A stretch of 64,000 nt of DNA from Nemertoderma westbladi (lineage: Eukaryota; Animalia; Xenacoelomorpha), in NCBI GenBank assembly GCA_032718475.1, contig JAUCBJ010000528.1, positions 1 to 64,000 on the forward strand, written 5' to 3'. Below, one piece after another: positions 60,977 through 64,000 of the stretch. Made by a program: the position numbers and the translations under genes. The notes beneath the pieces are model-generated. The model had not been told where the DNA came from. It saw only the letters and a list, made by a program, of their open reading frames with translations, and did not search any database. The stretch's first letter is position 1, and each line of letters begins with the position of its first letter.

Positions 60977-63900
60977 GGCACTCACCGCAGTCCTACTGTA
61001 CGGCACTCACCGCAGTGCTACTGTACGGCACTCACCGCAGTCCTACTGTACGGAACTCACCGCAGTCCTACTGTACGGCACTCACCGCAGTCCTACTGTA
61101 CGGCACTCACCGCAGTCCTACTGTACGGCACTCACCGCAGTCCTACTGTACGGCACTCACCGCAGTCCTACTGTACGGCACTCACCGCAGTCCTACTGTA
61201 CGGCACTCACCGCAGTCCTACTGTACGGCACTCACCGCAGTCCTACTGTACGGAACTCACCGCAGTCCTACTGTACGGCACTCACCGCAGTCCTACTGTA
61301 CGGCACTCACCGCAGTCCTACTGTACGGCACTCACCGCAGTCCTACTGTACGGCACTCACCGCAGTCCTACTGTACGGCACTCACCGCAGTCCTACTGTA
61401 CGGCACTCACCGCAGTCCTACTGTACGGCACTCACCGCAGTCCTACTGTACGGCACTCACCGCAGTCCTACTGTACGGCACTCACCGCAGTCCTACTGTA
61501 CGGCACTCACCGCAGTCCTACTGTACGGCACTCACCGCAGTCCTACTGTACGGCACTCACCGCAGTCCTACTGTACGGCACTCACCGCAGTCCTACTGTA
61601 CGGCACTCACCGCAGTCCTACTGTACGGCACTCACCGCAGTCCTACTGTACGGCACTCACCGCAGTCCTACTGTACGGCACTCACCGCAGTCCTACTGTA
61701 CGGCACTCACCGCAGTCCTACTGTACGGCACTCACCGCAGTCCTACTGTACGGAACTCACCGCAGTCCTACTGTACGGCACTCACCGCAGTCCTACTGTA
61801 CGGCACTCACCGCAGTCCTACTGTACGGCACTCACCGCAGTCCTACTGTACGGCACGCACTCACCGCAGTCCTACTGTACGGCACGGCACTCACCGCAGT
61901 CCTACTGTACGGCACTCACCGCAGTCCTACTGTACGGCACTCACCGCAGTCCTACTGTACGGCACTCACCGCAGTGCTACTGTACGGCACTCACCGCAGT
62001 CCTACTGTACGGAACTCACCGCAGTCCTACTGTACGGCACTCACCGCAGTCCTACTGTACGGCACTCACCGCAGTCCTACTGTACGGCACTCACCGCAGT
62101 CCTACTGTACGGCACGGCACTCACCGCAGTCCTACTGTACGGCACTCACCGCAGTCCTACTGTACGGCACTCACCGCAGTCCTACTGTACGGCACTCACC
62201 GCAGTCCTACTGTACGGCACTCACCGCAGTCCTACTGTACGGCACTCACCGCAGTCCTACTGTACTGTAGGAACTCACCGCAGTCCTACTGTACGGCACT
62301 CACCGCAGTCCTACTGTACGGCACTCACCGCAGTCCTACTGTACGGCACTCACCGCAGTCCTACTGTACGGCACTCACCGCAGTCCTACTGTACGGCACT
62401 CACCGCAGTCCTACTGTACGGCACTCACCGCAGTCCTACTGTACGGCACTCACCGCAGTCCTACTGTACGGCACTCACCGCAGTCCTACTGTACGGCACT
62501 CACCGCAGTCCTACTGTACGGAACTCACCGCAGTCCTACTGTACGGCACTCACCGCAGTCCTACTGTACGGAACTCACCGCAGTCCTACTGTACGGCACT
62601 CACCGCAGTCCTACTGTACGGAACTCACCGCAGTCCTACTGTACGGCACTCACCGCAGTCCTACTGTACGGAACTCACCGCAGTCCTACTGTACGGCACT
62701 CACCGCAGTGCTACTGTACGGCACTCACCGCAGTCCTACTGTACGGCACTCACCGCAGTCCTACTGTACGGAACTCACCGCAGTCCTACTGTACGGCACT
62801 CACCGCAGTCCTACTGTACGGAACTCACCGCAGTCCTACTGTACGGCACTCACCGCAGTCCTACTGTACGGCACTCACCGCAGTGCTACTGTACGGCACT
62901 CACCGCAGTCCTACTGTACGGAACTCACCGCAGTCCTACTGTACGGCACTCACCGCAGTCCTACTGTACGGAACTCACCGCAGTCCTACTGTACGGCACT
63001 CACCGCAGTCCTACTGTACGGCACTCACCGCAGTCCTACTGTACGGCACTCACCGCAGTCCTACTGTACGGAACTCACCGCAGTCCTACTGTACGGCACT
63101 CACCGCAGTCCTACTGTACGGCACTCACCGCAGTCCTACTGTACGGAACTCACCGCAGTCCTACTGTACGGCACTCACCGCAGTCCTACTGTACGGAACT
63201 CACCGCAGTCCTACTGTACGGCACTCACCGCAGTCCTACTGTACGGAACTCACCGCAGTCCTACTGTACGGAACTCACCGCAGTCCTACTGTACGGAACT
63301 CACCGCAGTCCTACTGTACGGCACTCACCGCAGTCCTACTGTACGGCACTCACCGCAGTCCTACTGTACGGCACTCACCGCAGTCCTACTGTACGGAACT
63401 CACCGCAGTCCTACTGTACGGCACTCACCGCAGTCCTACTGTACGGAACTCACCGCAGTCCTACTGTACGGCACTCACCGCAGTCCTACTGTACGGCACT
63501 CACCGCAGTCCTACTGTACGGCACTCACCGCAGTCCTACTGTACGGAACTCACCGCAGTCCTACTGTACGGCACTCACCGCAGTCCTACTGTACGGCACT
63601 CACCGCAGTCCTACTGTACGGAACTCACCGCAGTCCTACTGTACGGCACTCACCGCAGTCCTACTGTACGGAACTCACCGCAGTCCTACTGTACGGCACT
63701 CACCGCAGTCCTACTGTACGGAACTCACCGCAGTCCTACTGTACGGCACTCACCGCAGTCCTACTGTACGGAACTCACCGCAGTCCTACTGTACGGCACT
63801 CACCGCAGTCCTACTGTACGGCACTCACCGCAGTCCTACTGTACGGCACTCACCGCAGTCCTACTGTACGGCACTCACCGCAGTCCTACTGTACGGCACT

Positions 63901-64000
63901 CACCGCAGTCCTACTGTACGGCACTCACCGCAGTCCTACTGTACGGCACTCACCGCAGTCCTACTGTACGGCACTCACCGCAGTCCTACTGTACGGCACT
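60970..64000. repeat. 25-bp satellite (>120 copies, runs off the window)
   Basis: CGGCACTCACCGCAGTCCTACTGTA; minus strand contains CTGCG|GTGAGT in each unit. Confidence 0.97.

Overview
Repeat-dense metazoan (probably invertebrate) nuclear DNA. Two members of one BEL/Pao LTR-retrotransposon family lie head-to-head. The minus copy (~2.3-10.3 kb) is internally deleted but keeps one open gag-protease ORF. The plus copy (from 18555) has an intact 2690-aa gag-pol, a duplicated 3' end and a decayed downstream coding-like region that runs into an 8.4-kb 59-bp satellite. Between them are a SINE, a Helentron-like non-autonomous element with two nested TIR elements, a 27-bp array and an apparently intronless KANSL2 gene. 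Further right are a 62-bp array split by two LINEs and the 3' exons of a TTC14-like gene (minus strand) with a very large S-P-R-R repeat exon. The most striking observation is that two consecutive exon/5'-splice-site junctions of the TTC14-like gene appear to have been amplified into tandem arrays (70 bp x ~20; 25 bp x >120). More generally, many arrays here seem to have arisen in situ from local sequence. Family assignments rest on motif recognition and recalled homologues; no searches were run.
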